64,000 nucleotides of DNA, taken from a virus. The position numbers were made by a program, and so were the translations under genes. Below are positions 45,197 to 57,905 of this stretch, piece by piece. The stretch lies in the IMG/VR virus record IMGVR_UViG_3300028840_003906, one strand, 5' to 3'. The notes beneath the pieces were generated by a model that searched no databases, was not told the origin of the DNA, and was given only the letters and a program-made list of their open reading frames with translations. Every line of letters begins with the position of its first letter. Position 1 is the stretch's first letter.

Positions 45197-47997
45197 CAAG
45201 GAGGAGTAGAAGTGTCGAAGCATCCACACCTGTGTGAAAAGCATGGTTTCATCGACCAGATCGACGGAGGTGGAATCAAGTCATTCGTGGAGTGCCCGCT
45301 GTGCGAGCTGGAGGAGGCAAGGAAGCAGATCCAAGGCATGAAGGTTGCTTTGGCTGCATGGTCGAACGGGAAGCACGCGGAGTGGTGTGCGTCTGGCTGT
45401 GGGTACGATTGCAACTGTGGGCTTTCGTTTTTGGAGGGAGATCTGCAAAAGGGGCTGGATGATTTCAAGGCTGGCCGTACGTCGCGGAAGGCGGTCGAGG
45501 AGTTGCTTGGCGATGAGACTGGGTCGATCGAGGCCCCGATCGCTCAGGAGTCTTGCGTGAGACCGTCGACGTTGGCCCATGTCTTCCCCTGCATGTCTGT
45601 GGAGGGTAAGTATGAGCCTGAAGGTGTTGCCCAGAGGATCATGCAGGCACTTGCTCTGAAGGGGGACGTTTTCAGGATCCTTTCCTGGGAGGAGTATCGC
45701 GACTATGTTGGACGTACCAGGACGATCGACGAGAGGTACTTCCTGGGAGTGGTAGATGATTGCGCATCTGAAGAGCGTGCGCGAGCGTTCTCGGGCGTGT
45801 GGAACAAGACCGCCGAGGAGGCTGAGAAGAACGAGACGATGGCGAGATTCGCCGAGTGAGGGTGACATGGGTTACACAACGACAGAGCACTACATCAAGC
45901 AATGCGCGGGGAAGGTTGGTCACTACAGCAAGTGGAGGGCTGACATCGCCAGGGCCAGGTCCGAGATCAAGTTCGGAACGAGGATGAACACGTACCGCTG
46001 CCCGTACTGCAACAGGTGGCACGTCGGGAGCGCGAAATAGGAAGAGGTGAAATGATGAAAAAGCTGAGTGAAAGGGTTCATATTTCAGAGGCATCTCCAG
46101 GGGTCGTCGAGGAGATACGGAAGCTCGAATCTGAACTTGTCGCGATGACAAAAAGAGTTGAAGCTGCTGAGACCGAGATCGTGGAGAGCGAAACGAAGCT
46201 TGATGCGATGGCGGAGCGGCAGGAGTCGGCGGAGAGAAACCTTGAGTCTCTGACCATCCGATACTCTGCAGAACATGGTCGCGCCGAGTCCGCCGAGAAG
46301 CAGCTTAAGGCGGTCAAGGAATTGGACTGGGAGCAGATTGAAGCGTGGGCTATCGGGCACAGGGATGCGCTGATTGGCACGGATCATTTTGACAAGGCTC
46401 AAGAACATCTCGAAAAAATACGCGTCCTGCGCGGATAGGTGACATGATGAGTCCTGCGATGACTGGCACGAAAACGCACCCGGAGCCGAGGCGGGTTGTG
46501 TGTCGATTTACAGGGAAGGTGATTACAAAATACCCGGCTCCCGTTGAATGGATCATTCCGGACGGAGACTACTGCGACGATCGATGTGAAGGCCACACAA
46601 GGAAGGCGCACCCGTTGCAGAAGGTTCCGATTTCGTGTCGGATCTTCAGGAAGGACAACAGCCGGGAGTGGGATACGTATTCACGAACATACCTTCGCTG
46701 CTCTGCGTGTGTGGCGTGGACGAAGCAGTTTGATGGGGAGGTAGGATGACTAAGTATATCTACGCAGTGGGTATTTTTTTTGCTGGGGCCGTGATGTCAA
46801 GCAATGTCGTGCATTTGATCGGGACGAGTTCCACGTACAACGCTGCATGGTGGAAAGTCGTGGCCTCGATTGTGGTTGCGATTTTCTTGATCAGAGAAGT
46901 GATACTGGAGTCTTCTCATGGATAGCACGAGAACAGCACCTGCGCCGCCACGGGATATTCTTTAGGGCGCAGAGGGCGCAGAGGAATCCCCCAATGACTA
47001 ACGCGAAAAATATGAGGCGTATCAACAGATAGACACAAACCTACGGAGGTACAGAATGAAAAAACAAATCGAAAAAATCATACTAGAAGCCCTAGACATA
47101 CTAGAAGCGAGCGCAACGCGCCCCGGCGACCGCGAGCGAGCCGAGAGAATCGCCGAGGCGCGGGCGGTGGTGGAGGCGTTGGGCGAACTAGATCTAAATC
47201 TATACTCTGAGATGCTCGGAATTGAGTCGGATTTCCAAGATCTTGTCGGCAGAAATCTTATCAACCGTGACTACTACGAAAAACAACGAGAAATAATCCG
47301 ACGCATCACCGGCAGTGAGGAGGAGTAAGATGGGACGAAGAATAAAGAAGAGGACGTACCTGAAGAAGCTGGAGGATCTGATTCTGAAGGCGAAGAAGGA
47401 TGGGTACACCATGTTTGTGGATTGTGACCGTGGGTTCGTGATTGCTGACACCGAGGACTTCGTCGGCGCCGAGGATCTCAGGGAGGTAGAAGGTGAGAGC
47501 ATTTCTCTTGACAGGCTCGCCATGTGCGGTACGCCTGCTCTCCCTCGGATGACGCAAAGCGGGAACGGGTGAAGCATGGCGTGTTCGGTGATTGTGGATG
47601 GGAAGGTTCTTGACTTCGTGTACAGGAAGTCGCTGGAGTTTTCCTACAACTTCTACATTGGTGATGTTTTGGTTGGGCAGGTTTTCAGGGCAGGACGTGG
47701 GAATTGGACTGCTGTCTCATGGAAGAAGCCGAGCAAGCTGTGCCCGGTGGAGGGGTTCAGGAGTCGATATCATGCGAGCGAGTTCCTGTTGAAGCTGAAC
47801 GGGTACTGTGACAGGGGATGACGATGATTGAATATATTTTATGGATATTGGGTTCTTCGTTGGCAATCGCAGTGGTGGGGACTGTGGTGATTTGGCTCTG
47901 GGGTAAGCTCGCGGACATTTTCGAGTCATAGGTGGATTCGAGTCGGAACGCGAGAAGAAGAATCCGGGAGAGAGGGTACATGGAAGCGGAGGGTTAG

Positions 47998-48594
47998 ATG
48001 CTGCCAACAACACTTGACATCGAGAGCATCGGGAAGAAGGTCTGGTTGACTTCGGATCTCCACTTCGGGCATGAGACGGTTTGGGAGGGGTGTGATCGGC
48101 CCGGTAAGAACGTCGACAAGATGGACGCCCTGTTGCTTCGGAACATGCGAGAGAAGGTCGGGGAGAAGGATGTGCTCATCGTTGCCGGAGATCTCACGCT
48201 GTTCGGGGAGAACAAGCAGCGGTTTGTTGAGCGGATGATCGAGCAGATGCCTGGAACGAAGATCCTCGTCTACGGGAACCACGATCGGTTCAAGCCGAGG
48301 TGGTACCTCAACCGTGGGTTCGTCCTGGCGGCGACGTCGTTGGTCCTTCCTGGTGGGGTTCTGGTGACCCACGACCCGGTGGACGCGACGGTCTGGCCGC
48401 ACGACAGGCCGGTGCTGTGTGGGCACGTCCACAGGCTGTTTCGAAAGATCGAGAATGTGGTGAATGTTGGGGTTGACGTCTGGAACTACGAGCCGGTCTT
48501 GCTGGAGGATGCGCTTGAGCTGGCGGGAGATGAGCCAAGGGAGCCTCGTGACTGGGGGATGGTGTCCAAGAATAGGCACGGCGAGTCACGGTGA
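47998..48594 (+). CDS. calcineurin-like metallophosphoesterase
   Basis: TSDLHFGH, VAGDL, YGNHD, VTHDP, CGHVH. Confidence 0.92.
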   Translation: MLPTTLDIESIGKKVWLTSDLHFGHETVWEGCDRPGKNVDKMDALLLRNMREKVGEKDVLIVAGDLTLFGENKQRFVERMIEQMPGTKILVYGNHDRFKPRWYLNRGFVLAATSLVLPGGVLVTHDPVDATVWPHDRPVLCGHVHRLFRKIENVVNVGVDVWNYEPVLLEDALELAGDEPREPRDWGMVSKNRHGESR

Positions 48595-48607
48595 TGGTTG
48601 CTGAAAA

Positions 48608-48623
48608 GCGAACTTGAGTTCGC
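48608..48623. promoter_or_regulatory. palindrome copy 12
   Basis: GCGAACTTGAGTTCGC, after the phosphoesterase stop. Confidence 0.85.
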
Positions 48624-48633
48624 TAGGAGATGG

Positions 48634-51581
48634 TTGATGCTGAAGAGAAGATGTCAGGGTGTCACGAAGAGCTGGCCGTGGAGGGGATCCCAGTGTGCCA
48701 ACGAGGCCAAGATGGAGAAGGACGGTGTCTGGTACTGCCCTGTCCACTACGGCATTGAGGTGGATTCCCCGGGAGAGATGGCGGAGATCAAGGGGAAGAG
48801 CAAGTACAAGGACTGCGATTTCCGTGAGTTTCACGAGGACTGGAGCACCGATTCTGATGTGAAGAATATCGATCTCGTTGGCAAGCGAGTGTTCTCGAAG
48901 ATCGAGCTGAAGTGGGATGAGGGTGAGCGTGTGGAGCCTGGATTTACGGGTGAGATCGTCGAGGAGGATGGTTCTGTCTTCTTCTGGATCGACGGTGAGG
49001 ACAAAAAGGAGTGTGCGTGGCGCCTCCGTCTGGATCCTGATGCGGAGGCTCACTTTGGGATCTCGGAGGACGAGCGATGACGGTACCTACTTTCAAGGGG
49101 TTGCGGGGGAACATGGAGTTCTGGATTGTTCTCTCGTTGATATTCTTCGGTGTCCTCGGCTGGGTGGGGCATGAGTTCAGCTCTGAGTATGATGCTCAGA
49201 GGTGTGTCGCGGGGGAGAACCTGCTGGGGTTCAAGTTGCCTGGTTACAAGTATGATGAGGACGGTACCTGCTGGAGCTGTTGCGGCACGACACGGGCCAT
49301 GAGCGATTCTGCTCTTATGGTTTGCGATAGGAAACGCCAGGAAGCCTTCGATCCGGAGTGGTACGAGATGGAGAGAGAGTGCAGGGGTGGAAAATGAGAC
49401 GACCGCCGATGAGGATTGAGCCGAAGTGCCTGCGCGACCACACGATGGTCCGATCGAAGCGATTTTTGTGCCGTGGGGTGTTGAACAGGAGGTCGATGAT
49501 TCTTTCAGATTGTCGGCTTTGTGCAATGTACTCTCTGGCCCAGCGTCGCGACAGGGGGCTTGCGAAGCTTGGACATTTCGTTGAGGACAGTGAGCCCAGG
49601 AAGCACTTCTGGTGCTGGTCGGATACGGCGATCGAGCACGATTGCCTGGGTGGTTTCGTTGCGTGCCATGGGTGCAAGCGCAAGGGGGATCGGCTGGAGA
49701 TGGAGATTCAGCGCGATGGGTTTCTCAAGTTTATGCTGCGGAAGTTCCGTGGTTTCATGATGGAGGGGTAGGGATGAAAATCGAGGAGATGCGGAGAGAG
49801 TTTGATACGTGGGTTTCGTCTCATTGTGGGGCTCTGATGAGTTGCCCGGCGTCGAAGTATTGTGGTAGTGACAGTTGCTTCGAGGCTTTCGAGAGGTGGC
49901 AGGCGACAGCTGAAGATGCGGGACTTCGGCTGCAGAGCGCCTGTGCGGACTGTGGTGCCCCGTTCTTCCCAGGTTCCAGCTTCTGTGCGAAGTGCGGGGC
50001 CAAGCGGGAGAAGGCGGCCCAGGGGAGCCCTGAGTGCGGTTGTGGGTGCGGTTGCCATATACTTGATCCGGTTGTGTCCAATGAGGAGACGATGGAGGAG
50101 ATGTATTTGCCTGGAGTGAAGGGCAAGAAGTGCCTCGATTATCACAAGCTCGGAGAGCATGCGTGTAATTCGTGCTTCTACAACGGGCGTTGTGAGTACC
50201 TGAAAGGGGAGGGAGAGAGATGAGTCCAGAAGAACAGAGGGAAATCGAAGAGAACGTGGTGGCCAAAGACACGTTTGTCACGGACACGAGCTGTGAGGGG
50301 ATCGTGGATGCCGCCAACCGGCTGAGGTACATTGCTGCCAGCCTGGAGGGTGTCGGCATGGATTCTCTGTCTGAGAGGATCTGGATGATCATCGAGGACC
50401 TCGACGCCGGGGTCAAGAAGGTCCGGGATGCTGTCAGTGAAGAGATCGGCCGACAGGTGAAAAGAACCAGCAGCATGTCGAAGACGGTGTTCGACTCTGT
50501 TTTGGCTGGCATAGAGCTTCAGTCTCGTGCGTATGAGGATGGAGTCGAATCCGGAAAGGATCAGGTCTGATGGAGTGGTTGCAAGCCTGGGGTGCGCCAT
50601 TGATCATCGGAAGTGTGTTTACGTTCTTTGGGATCACGGTGGTGGGGGTCGGTGTTCATGTGATGCTTCCGATATTTGATAGCAGGATTGGTCGTCCAGA
50701 TCCGGTCCGTGTCACAGTTGGCATCGTCACATTCTTGGTTGGAATATGGGCAACAGCGCTCATGGGGATTCGTGGGATTTGCATCGCGATTGAGCTGATG
50801 AACTGTTGACAAAACAGATTTTCTAGAGTAACTTGCCTCGCGAAAGATGTTCAGCTAGATGCTGGGAGAAGGAATTTTCAAATGTCGAAGTGGGACAAGC
50901 CGAAGAAGGTCACGGATGCGGAGGTGTCGTTTTCTTTCAGGGACATCCGGGGGAAGATTCCTGCCTGGGAGAGCTTGTCGAGCAAGTACTGGAACGGCAC
51001 GAGGGCGTCCGAGCGTTTGATTGGTAAAGTGTTCTATGAGGGGCTGCCCAATGGCACGGAGTTCCATCCCCGGGAGGGGGTTGATCCGGGTGACGGCACG
51101 CGGTATATCGCTGCCATCATGAGGAGCTTCCAGCCGAGGCACGAACACAAGTTCGCTGCGGCGTCTTTCCTCCTGGAGAAGTGGTTCGAGAAGGTGGTTG
51201 TTGATGGCGTCGAGTACGTCATGGACGAACCTATTGAGGTGAAAGATGGATGAGAGTCTGGTCAGGAATGTGATCGATTGGCAGGGTGAGTACAACGAAT
51301 TCCGTGAGGGTAAGTACTTGCTCTATGCCGCGCAGGTCTACGCGGAGAGCGATGGGACCTACACCGTCACGGTGTGGTACGACGAGGAGAAGGTCTTCGG
51401 TCTCGAAGAGGTGTCTTCCGCGCATATTGGCGAGATGATCTGCGAGATGGCGGTCGAGATCCACGAGCGGCGCCTCTGGGAGAAGAGGTCTGCGGAGGTG
51501 AGACGCGAGGTGGAAGAGCGTGTTGCCGGGATCGAGGACGCCTACGAGAAGTCGAAGAAGGGGAATATTCAGTTTCCCTGA
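48634..51581 (+). other. array of short hypothetical ORFs (to 49080, 49077-49397, 49394-49771, 49774-50223, 50220-50570, 50570-50809, 50882-51253, 51246-51581)
   Basis: Coupled + strand ORFs. Confidence 0.55.
50806..50834 (+). promoter_or_regulatory. sigma70-type promoter (candidate)
   Basis: TTGACA 50806-11 (overlaps stop), 17 nt, TAACTT. Confidence 0.5.
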
Positions 51582-51594
51582 CAGGGGTTGATGA

Positions 51595-52173
51595 ATGGGA
51601 AAGTGGATCAGAAATTGGTTTTCGAACTTCCTTCCGTTGGATGAGCCGTACAAGTACGACGGAGAGGTGTACGTCACGCCGGAGCACTTCTACCAGGCAA
51701 TGAAGTCGACGGACAAGGGGGAACGGGCTTTCGTCCCGAGGACCGGAGCCAGTGCCTATGCGTTCGTCCGGGACAACTTCTACGACGTGAAGTGCTGCGT
51801 GATGTCCGAGATCCCGATCGAGATCCCGATGGGGTTCGCCCACAGGGAGGTGGACGAGGAGTGGATCGAGAAGGAGATCGAGTCTTACACTGGGTACAAG
51901 AAGAGGCCGCGTCCCGAGGGGGACGAATGGTACAAGGGCTGGTCTTCGGGGGAGATTATCCGGTTGGACGGAAGGATCTACCGTGCCTCGACCGTGCATC
52001 ATGTGTATTGCGAGGGCATAGGTGAACTCGGACTGCCAGAGGAGGTGTTCAGAGTGTACCGGCCTGGGATGAAGCGGTTCTCGGTGTCGCTCTGGTCGGT
52101 CGCGCGTCTTGCTTTCGTGCTGGAGTGCATTGACAGGTCCGTAGAGGTCCATGGGTACAGGAGGGAAGAATGA
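51595..52173 (+). CDS. protein with N-terminal NADAR-like segment
   Basis: WFSNF...YKYDGEVYVTPEHFYQAMK; the rest does not look like NADAR. Confidence 0.55.
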   Translation: MGKWIRNWFSNFLPLDEPYKYDGEVYVTPEHFYQAMKSTDKGERAFVPRTGASAYAFVRDNFYDVKCCVMSEIPIEIPMGFAHREVDEEWIEKEIESYTGYKKRPRPEGDEWYKGWSSGEIIRLDGRIYRASTVHHVYCEGIGELGLPEEVFRVYRPGMKRFSVSLWSVARLAFVLECIDRSVEVHGYRREE

Positions 52174-53409
52174 GCGTTGTCTGGATGTGTGTTCTTGGTG
52201 TCTTGGTTGCGCTGGTAGTCTTTACTCTCGCAATCAGCCTCTTGATGGGGCTTGGGGTTCAGTGGGCCTGTGTGTTTGGATGCAGGGTGTTCAAGTGGCA
52301 CAACGGCGACGGCGGTAGGACGTATTCTGATGGGGTGAGTCTTCACGGAAGGTGCTCAGTGTGTGGGCAGGAGGTGATGATGGACAGCCAAGGGAACTGG
52401 TTCACCTGCGGTGGAAGCCGATGATGTTTCATGAGTTCGAGCATACGGATACGGTCATGGCGGCAACAAACGATCCGGAGCATCAGTTGGTGATCGTTCG
52501 GGTGGTGCCTTTGCCACCGAACTCCGTCGGCGTGACGAGGCTTCACCAATGGAGGCTCTACCTGGTCTACTACTTCTCCGGGGATGGGTTTCAGTACTAC
52601 GAACAAATGCTCCATCAGGAGTTCAAGGAGAAGAAGAAGAAGCGTGCATGGAACCTGAGCGTGGTCGAGGGAGAGCGGGCTTTGAGATTGGATCACTATG
52701 CACAGGGATCCGCCATGGTGGCGCTTGCGGAGGCGCAGAAGAAATCGGTGTTGTGATGCGATACGATGTGCAGTCGAGAAGCACGATGAGTAGGAATTGC
52801 CACAAGCTCCCTCCGTGGTGGGTGCGGCTGTTTCTACGTGTCAAAATAAGTTTCAATTTCTTGCTGATTATGCTGAGACATCACATGAGAGGGTGAACGT
52901 AGCATGGTCTTCGAGAAGATAGATGGACAAAGGATCCATGCTTGTCGACAGTTCAAGCATAGGTTTGGTGTCGACATCTCCCTGGATCAATATGTGGATT
53001 GCAAGGATCAAATTGTTTCAGGTGAGGCTGAGTTCCTTGGAAAGCGAACGAATAGGATCAGCTTTTTTTCTGTGAAGGTGGGAGAGTTCGAGCCTGTTGC
53101 GGTGTATGACAGGCGTCGTCGTTCAATTGCATCTTTTTTGACCCAGGAGATGGCTCACAGGGTGCTCGGGAGGAAAATAAAACCAAATCCGGAGAGCAGT
53201 GATTGTGCTCGCTCGTTTTCGGAGATGTCGCTTAAGAGGCTCGTCCGGCTGTTGCAGAAGCCAAAATGCAGCAGTTGTCCCGTTCAGGCTATGTCATGTC
53301 AGTGGGTTTGTGGTTCTGATTTGTGTTGCAAAGAGATAGCAGACGCTGCAGTCAGGGTGTTGGAACATATGGATATGTCCGGGATGAGCTGTGCGATGTT
53401 TGGTGAGTG

Positions 53410-53425
53410 ACGAACTCAAGTTCGC
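53410..53425. promoter_or_regulatory. palindrome copy 13
   Basis: ACGAACTCAAGTTCGC, between a stop and TTGACA. Confidence 0.85.
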
Positions 53426-53430
53426 AGAGG

Positions 53431-53459
53431 TTGACAAAACGGGGTTCGGAAGGTAAAAC
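53431..53459 (+). promoter_or_regulatory. sigma70-type promoter next to a palindrome copy
   Basis: TTGACA 53431-36, 17 nt, TAAAAC; palindrome ends 5 nt upstream. Confidence 0.6.
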
Positions 53460-55963
53460 AACTCTTCGAAATGATCTGGGGCGCGGTGCTCCATTGGAGG
53501 ATGAAGATGGGTGTGAAGAGGTACTTTGAGGTTGGGGTTACCGTCTTGGATCTGGATTGTGTTCAGGCGGTCGAGAAGAGCGCGGGTGATATCGCAGAAA
53601 TGGTGGAGCACCCAAGATATAGGATTCATGGAACTTTCGGGAGGCTTGATTGTGTCGAGGTGCCTGGTGACACTGCCAAGAGTGTCCCGTGCGAGATGTT
53701 CGTAGCGGCCTGGAAAGAGTGGCTGGACATCAAGCTTGCAAAGATGCTCCTTGTCACTAGAGATGGTGCCGTTGATCAGATTGTCGGAGTGGATCACGGG
53801 GGTGGTGTATGAGGATTCGAAGGAGCCAGCAATCTGCTTTTACTGGAGACGTGGACATTGATGGGAATGAGGTTGTGCTCTACATCTACCCGAACGGTGG
53901 TCCGGAGGGGATGACCTTCACGAGCTTTCAGGACTACGCGGGGAGGGCAGAAGAGATAGGCATCAAGACACCGTACTGGTCTGGGCTTCGAGATGCTGTC
54001 TATTCTGCTTTCAGGGAAGGTGCGTTCGTGGTCAGGATCAAGAACGTCTCCGAGATGAAAGATGAAGACATGGTGTTGTTCGAGGGTGTCATTGAAGAGA
54101 TCGAGCGCACTGAAGGTGGCTTGTTGGGGAAGTTTGAGGCCATGTTGAACTCTGGTGGGGACGGGTACGAGATTTACAGAAGAATCCGGGAGATCGAGGA
54201 CAAGGGCGAGGTACCAGACGGGGCGCTGAAGAGTTCACGGAAGCATCTCATGGAGGATGTCGCCAGGGTACAGATGTCCATGGAGCTTATTGGCGTTTTC
54301 TTTGGTGATCCTGTTGGGATGAGGATGGCCCGAGACGAGGTTCGGAAAGAGTGGACGATGTTTCTTCGTGAGGGAAGGATAAAGCGGGATGTGCGACGAC
54401 GAAAAGAGCAAGAAAGCGGAGATCGAGAGACTCGAAGCGGAGGTGAAGAAGCTCCGTGAGGTGATCGATCGTCAGAACGCGTTCGACGATGAGCTTCTTG
54501 CGAAGGTCAAAAACGAGGTGAACATCGATCACCCGTTCACGGTCGACATGTTTGATGGGACCGGGCGCACTGGGATGTATATCGAAACGGGGTACCTCCG
54601 GAGCCTTCTTGATCGGATTGAGCTGGAGGGGACCGATGGTGCGGCCAATGAGATGTTGCCCCAGGAGGCCGTGACTGGAGCCCAGGAGATGAACGAGCAG
54701 TACGGGGATCTTCGCAAGGAGAAGAACCTTGTGCAGGCGGAGCTTGATGCCGTGATGCATTCCGTGGACAAGTGGCTGGACGGGGATGACCTGAAGAATA
54801 ATCCGGCCACGAGAGCCGCTGACGCCCGAGAGATTGCGCTTCGGTTGATAGATGCGCAGGCGATTGCGTATAAGGGGGTGGAGGGCGAGGTGGATCGCTT
54901 GCGCGCGCGTACGCACGAGATCCAGGAGAGGGCTGACCGCAGGATTGCAGAGCGCGACAAGAAGATCGAGAACCTGGAGATCCAGTTGGGTGCTTGGAAT
55001 GGGTATGTGCGTGATGGGGAGGCGTACTTTTTCGATGTGGCGAAGACGTCGCTGAGGCCGTTCAATCTCTCGCGGTGGGACGCTGGGAAGTTTGGTATCC
55101 TGGTGGACCAGATCCGGAGACTGGAGCTTTCAGAGGCTCGGCTCTACAGCTGGTTCAGATCCGTTTTGAACGACCTGCGGAGAGAGAAGCCTGAATTTGC
55201 TGCGATAGAGATCGAGAGTGTCTTGGCCCGGGAGGGCCGAGAGCGCGAGGGGAGCGACGATTACATAAAGAATGTCTTCGCTGCACTTGATACTGACGAC
55301 AAGGATGTGGTTGAGAGGATCTCGAAGAGTTGCTACGAGGCGGTGATGCTGGACATGCACGGTGGCGAGGATTGCTTCCCGGTGTGGAGAATTCCGGGTG
55401 TCGAGTGGGACATTTCGGATCAGGAGTTGGCGGAGCATCAGCGGGACGACTGGAGAAGTCACACGGTGTACGCGATGGAAGAGATCAAAAGGGTGATCGA
55501 TGAAGAAGAGAAGGCATAGGCCCAGGTGCTTCCGTAATGGCTTCGGGAAGGGGGCGTGCGGAGGTGCTCTGAACAGGAGGCACACGCGTCTGTATCTCTG
55601 TCATTCTTGCGAGATGTTCGCTTTGGACTTCGCGATACAGAACCCAGGGTGTTCTCTGATGAACCGGGATGCTCGGCACAGTGAGCCGCAGGAGAAGTTC
55701 AGGTGCTGGACGAACGTTGTCGGAGAGAGGGATTGTGCTGGCGGGTTTGCTGCTTGTCACGGATGTGTCCTGAAGGTGGACTGCGATCATCCGGGGCGTG
55801 GTAGGCAGAGGGGAGGCCCGACCGGTAGGAGAAAAAATTGGTCTCTCCTGGTTGATTCGTGCCTTCGATGCGGAAACATTCGTCCTGTACACAAGGGAGG
55901 GATGACGCGGGAGCAGATCAGTTGGGTTCGAAGGTGGAACCGGCGGTGTGAAGAGGATTATGC

Positions 55964-55979
55964 GCGAACTTGAGTTCGC
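55964..55979. promoter_or_regulatory. palindrome copy 14
   Basis: GCGAACTTGAGTTCGC, contains a stop codon. Confidence 0.85.
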
Positions 55980-55997
55980 TTGGAAAGGGGTGCCGTG

Positions 55998-57835
55998 ATG
56001 AGTAAAGAGGCAGAGTTGCTTGGTTGGTTGGAGCGGAATGGTTGGACGTCGCTCTCCGAGTGCGAGAGGAGAGGTTTTCGGCACGAGGATCTCCTGCAGG
56101 CGTACGGAGATCGGCTTGTCAGGAGAGATGGGTTCGGCGAGGATGGAGCGGTGTGTGTCATTCCGGTTCTGGGCACAGATGATGCCATTGGGTTCGCCAA
56201 GAAATGTGGAATGGAGCCAGTCCCTGGGCGAGAGTATTTTGCTTGTGTCCAGGTTTCCATTCGGAACGAGGACTGGGTGGACATATTCGGGGATCCGTTT
56301 AGGTCAGAAAACAGGGAGATGTGGAAGGAGCGTAGCTCTTGTTTGGGGGTCGTGTTGACGAGGGGCGAAGATGGTATGCGGATTGATCACAATCCATTCA
56401 TGCAGATGATTCAGGGGGGAGTTGGGATTGACGGGATGCTATGGAAGACAGGTGACCCGATGCCGTGGCGCGAGAAGTGCTTCGAGCCGAATGTGCATGT
56501 GGAGAAGGATCCGGATGATCCTGGCAAGCTCATGTGCCATGTCAGCATTAGCGCTGGGGAGATGACAGGCGATTTGGCTCATGCGACGATTGGGCCGGTT
56601 GACAGGATTGAGAAGGTGCATCCGGTGGATCATATGGAGATCAGTTTCTCGGTTGATAATTCCACCGGTGATGATCTGAGGAAGATGGCCAGGCTGTTCG
56701 GGATGTATGAGTATCATACCTCGGTGGTATACATCGACTCCGAGACGGGTAGGGCGGTCGAGAAGCACGGACCGGACGGGGATGGCTGGGAGGAGCAGTT
56801 CGATCCATACTTGGATGCGATCCCGAAGCGGATAGATGCGGTTCATGAGGAGCTGGTTGGATGCTTTGGCCGTGAGAAGGTCTGGTACCGACAGTATCGG
56901 CGTGTGAGCCCGAAGAGTCAGCGATACGGGCACGAGTCCCTGTTGAGGGAAGAATGCCGAAACACGGGCACTCCTGCGGGCGTGTGGCCGGAGAAGCATC
57001 CTGGTGGGGCTGTGAAGTACAGGAAGGAGGACTGATCGATGAAGGATATGAATGGTTCAATTGGGTCTTTGTACCTCGAAGAACTCAAGTTCATCAATGT
57101 GCACATGGACAGGAACTTGATCTTTGAGTTCGCGAAGAAGGATGGAATTGCGAACGACAGGAGGGAGCTGGGGTTCGAGTCGAGGTGTGTCACGAGCGCG
57201 TACTACGCCAAGGACAAGGGGCAGACATTCCTGTCCCGTCTGGTGAAGGAAGACCCTGATGACGGTAAGCTGTTGGAGTTTAAGATCAGGGAGGGGCGTG
57301 GTGAGGTCGGTGGGTTCATGGGGAACATGAAGGAGGGATCTGCTGCCATTAGCAAGGTGAAGGGCGGTGAGGAGGGGCAGGATTACGAGGTTTTCGTGCG
57401 AGGCGTATTCGTAGTTCACAGTGCGCAGCTGGCCCATATTCATCTCGGAGAGGTGGCAGGTGACCTTGGTCTGAAGTGCTGCGATTCAACTATGGAGTTC
57501 ATCGGGGAAGCTGGGGGTGGTGCTATCTTCGGGTGTCTGAAGTGTGGAAAGAGCAAAACGGTAGAGGTGAAATGATGGAAGACATGTACAATGCGTTTGT
57601 AAGAGAGAACGAGTGGGATGGAGATACCATGACACACTCCATGTACTTGGAGATGTTCTTTGAGTGGCTCATGAAGAAGACATCGAAGCCGTCTGAAGGG
57701 TTGAGGACTCTTCGTATGCATGCCGGTGGGGCGAGATCTGATTTCGACAACTACCGGAGGGGGCTGAACGAGGAGCAAGACCGGGTTATGGAGCTGGAGG
57801 AGTTTGTGTCGCACGTCTCCGATACGGAGTGTTGA
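55998..57835 (+). other. hypothetical ORFs (55998-57035, 57039-57575, 57572-57835)
   Basis: Coupled + strand ORFs. Confidence 0.55.
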
Positions 57836-57905
57836 TAAACCTGAAGTTTGATGCGATATAGCTCCGGCAGATACTGGCCGAGGATGGCCGGAAAAATGGG
57901 ATGAA

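Larger units (their letters stand above)
43688..47821 (+). other. array of short hypothetical ORFs (43688-43900, 44083-44532, 44850-45209, 45211-45859, 45867-46040, 46051-46438, 46444-46749, 47056-47328, 47329-47572, 47576-47821)
   Basis: Closely packed + strand ORFs, many with CxxC pairs. Confidence 0.55.
52170..55973 (+). other. hypothetical ORFs (52170-52424, 52421-52756, 52904-53410, 53471-53812, 53809-54459, 54389-55519 coiled coil, 55500-55973 Cys-rich)
   Basis: Coupled + strand ORFs. Confidence 0.55.
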
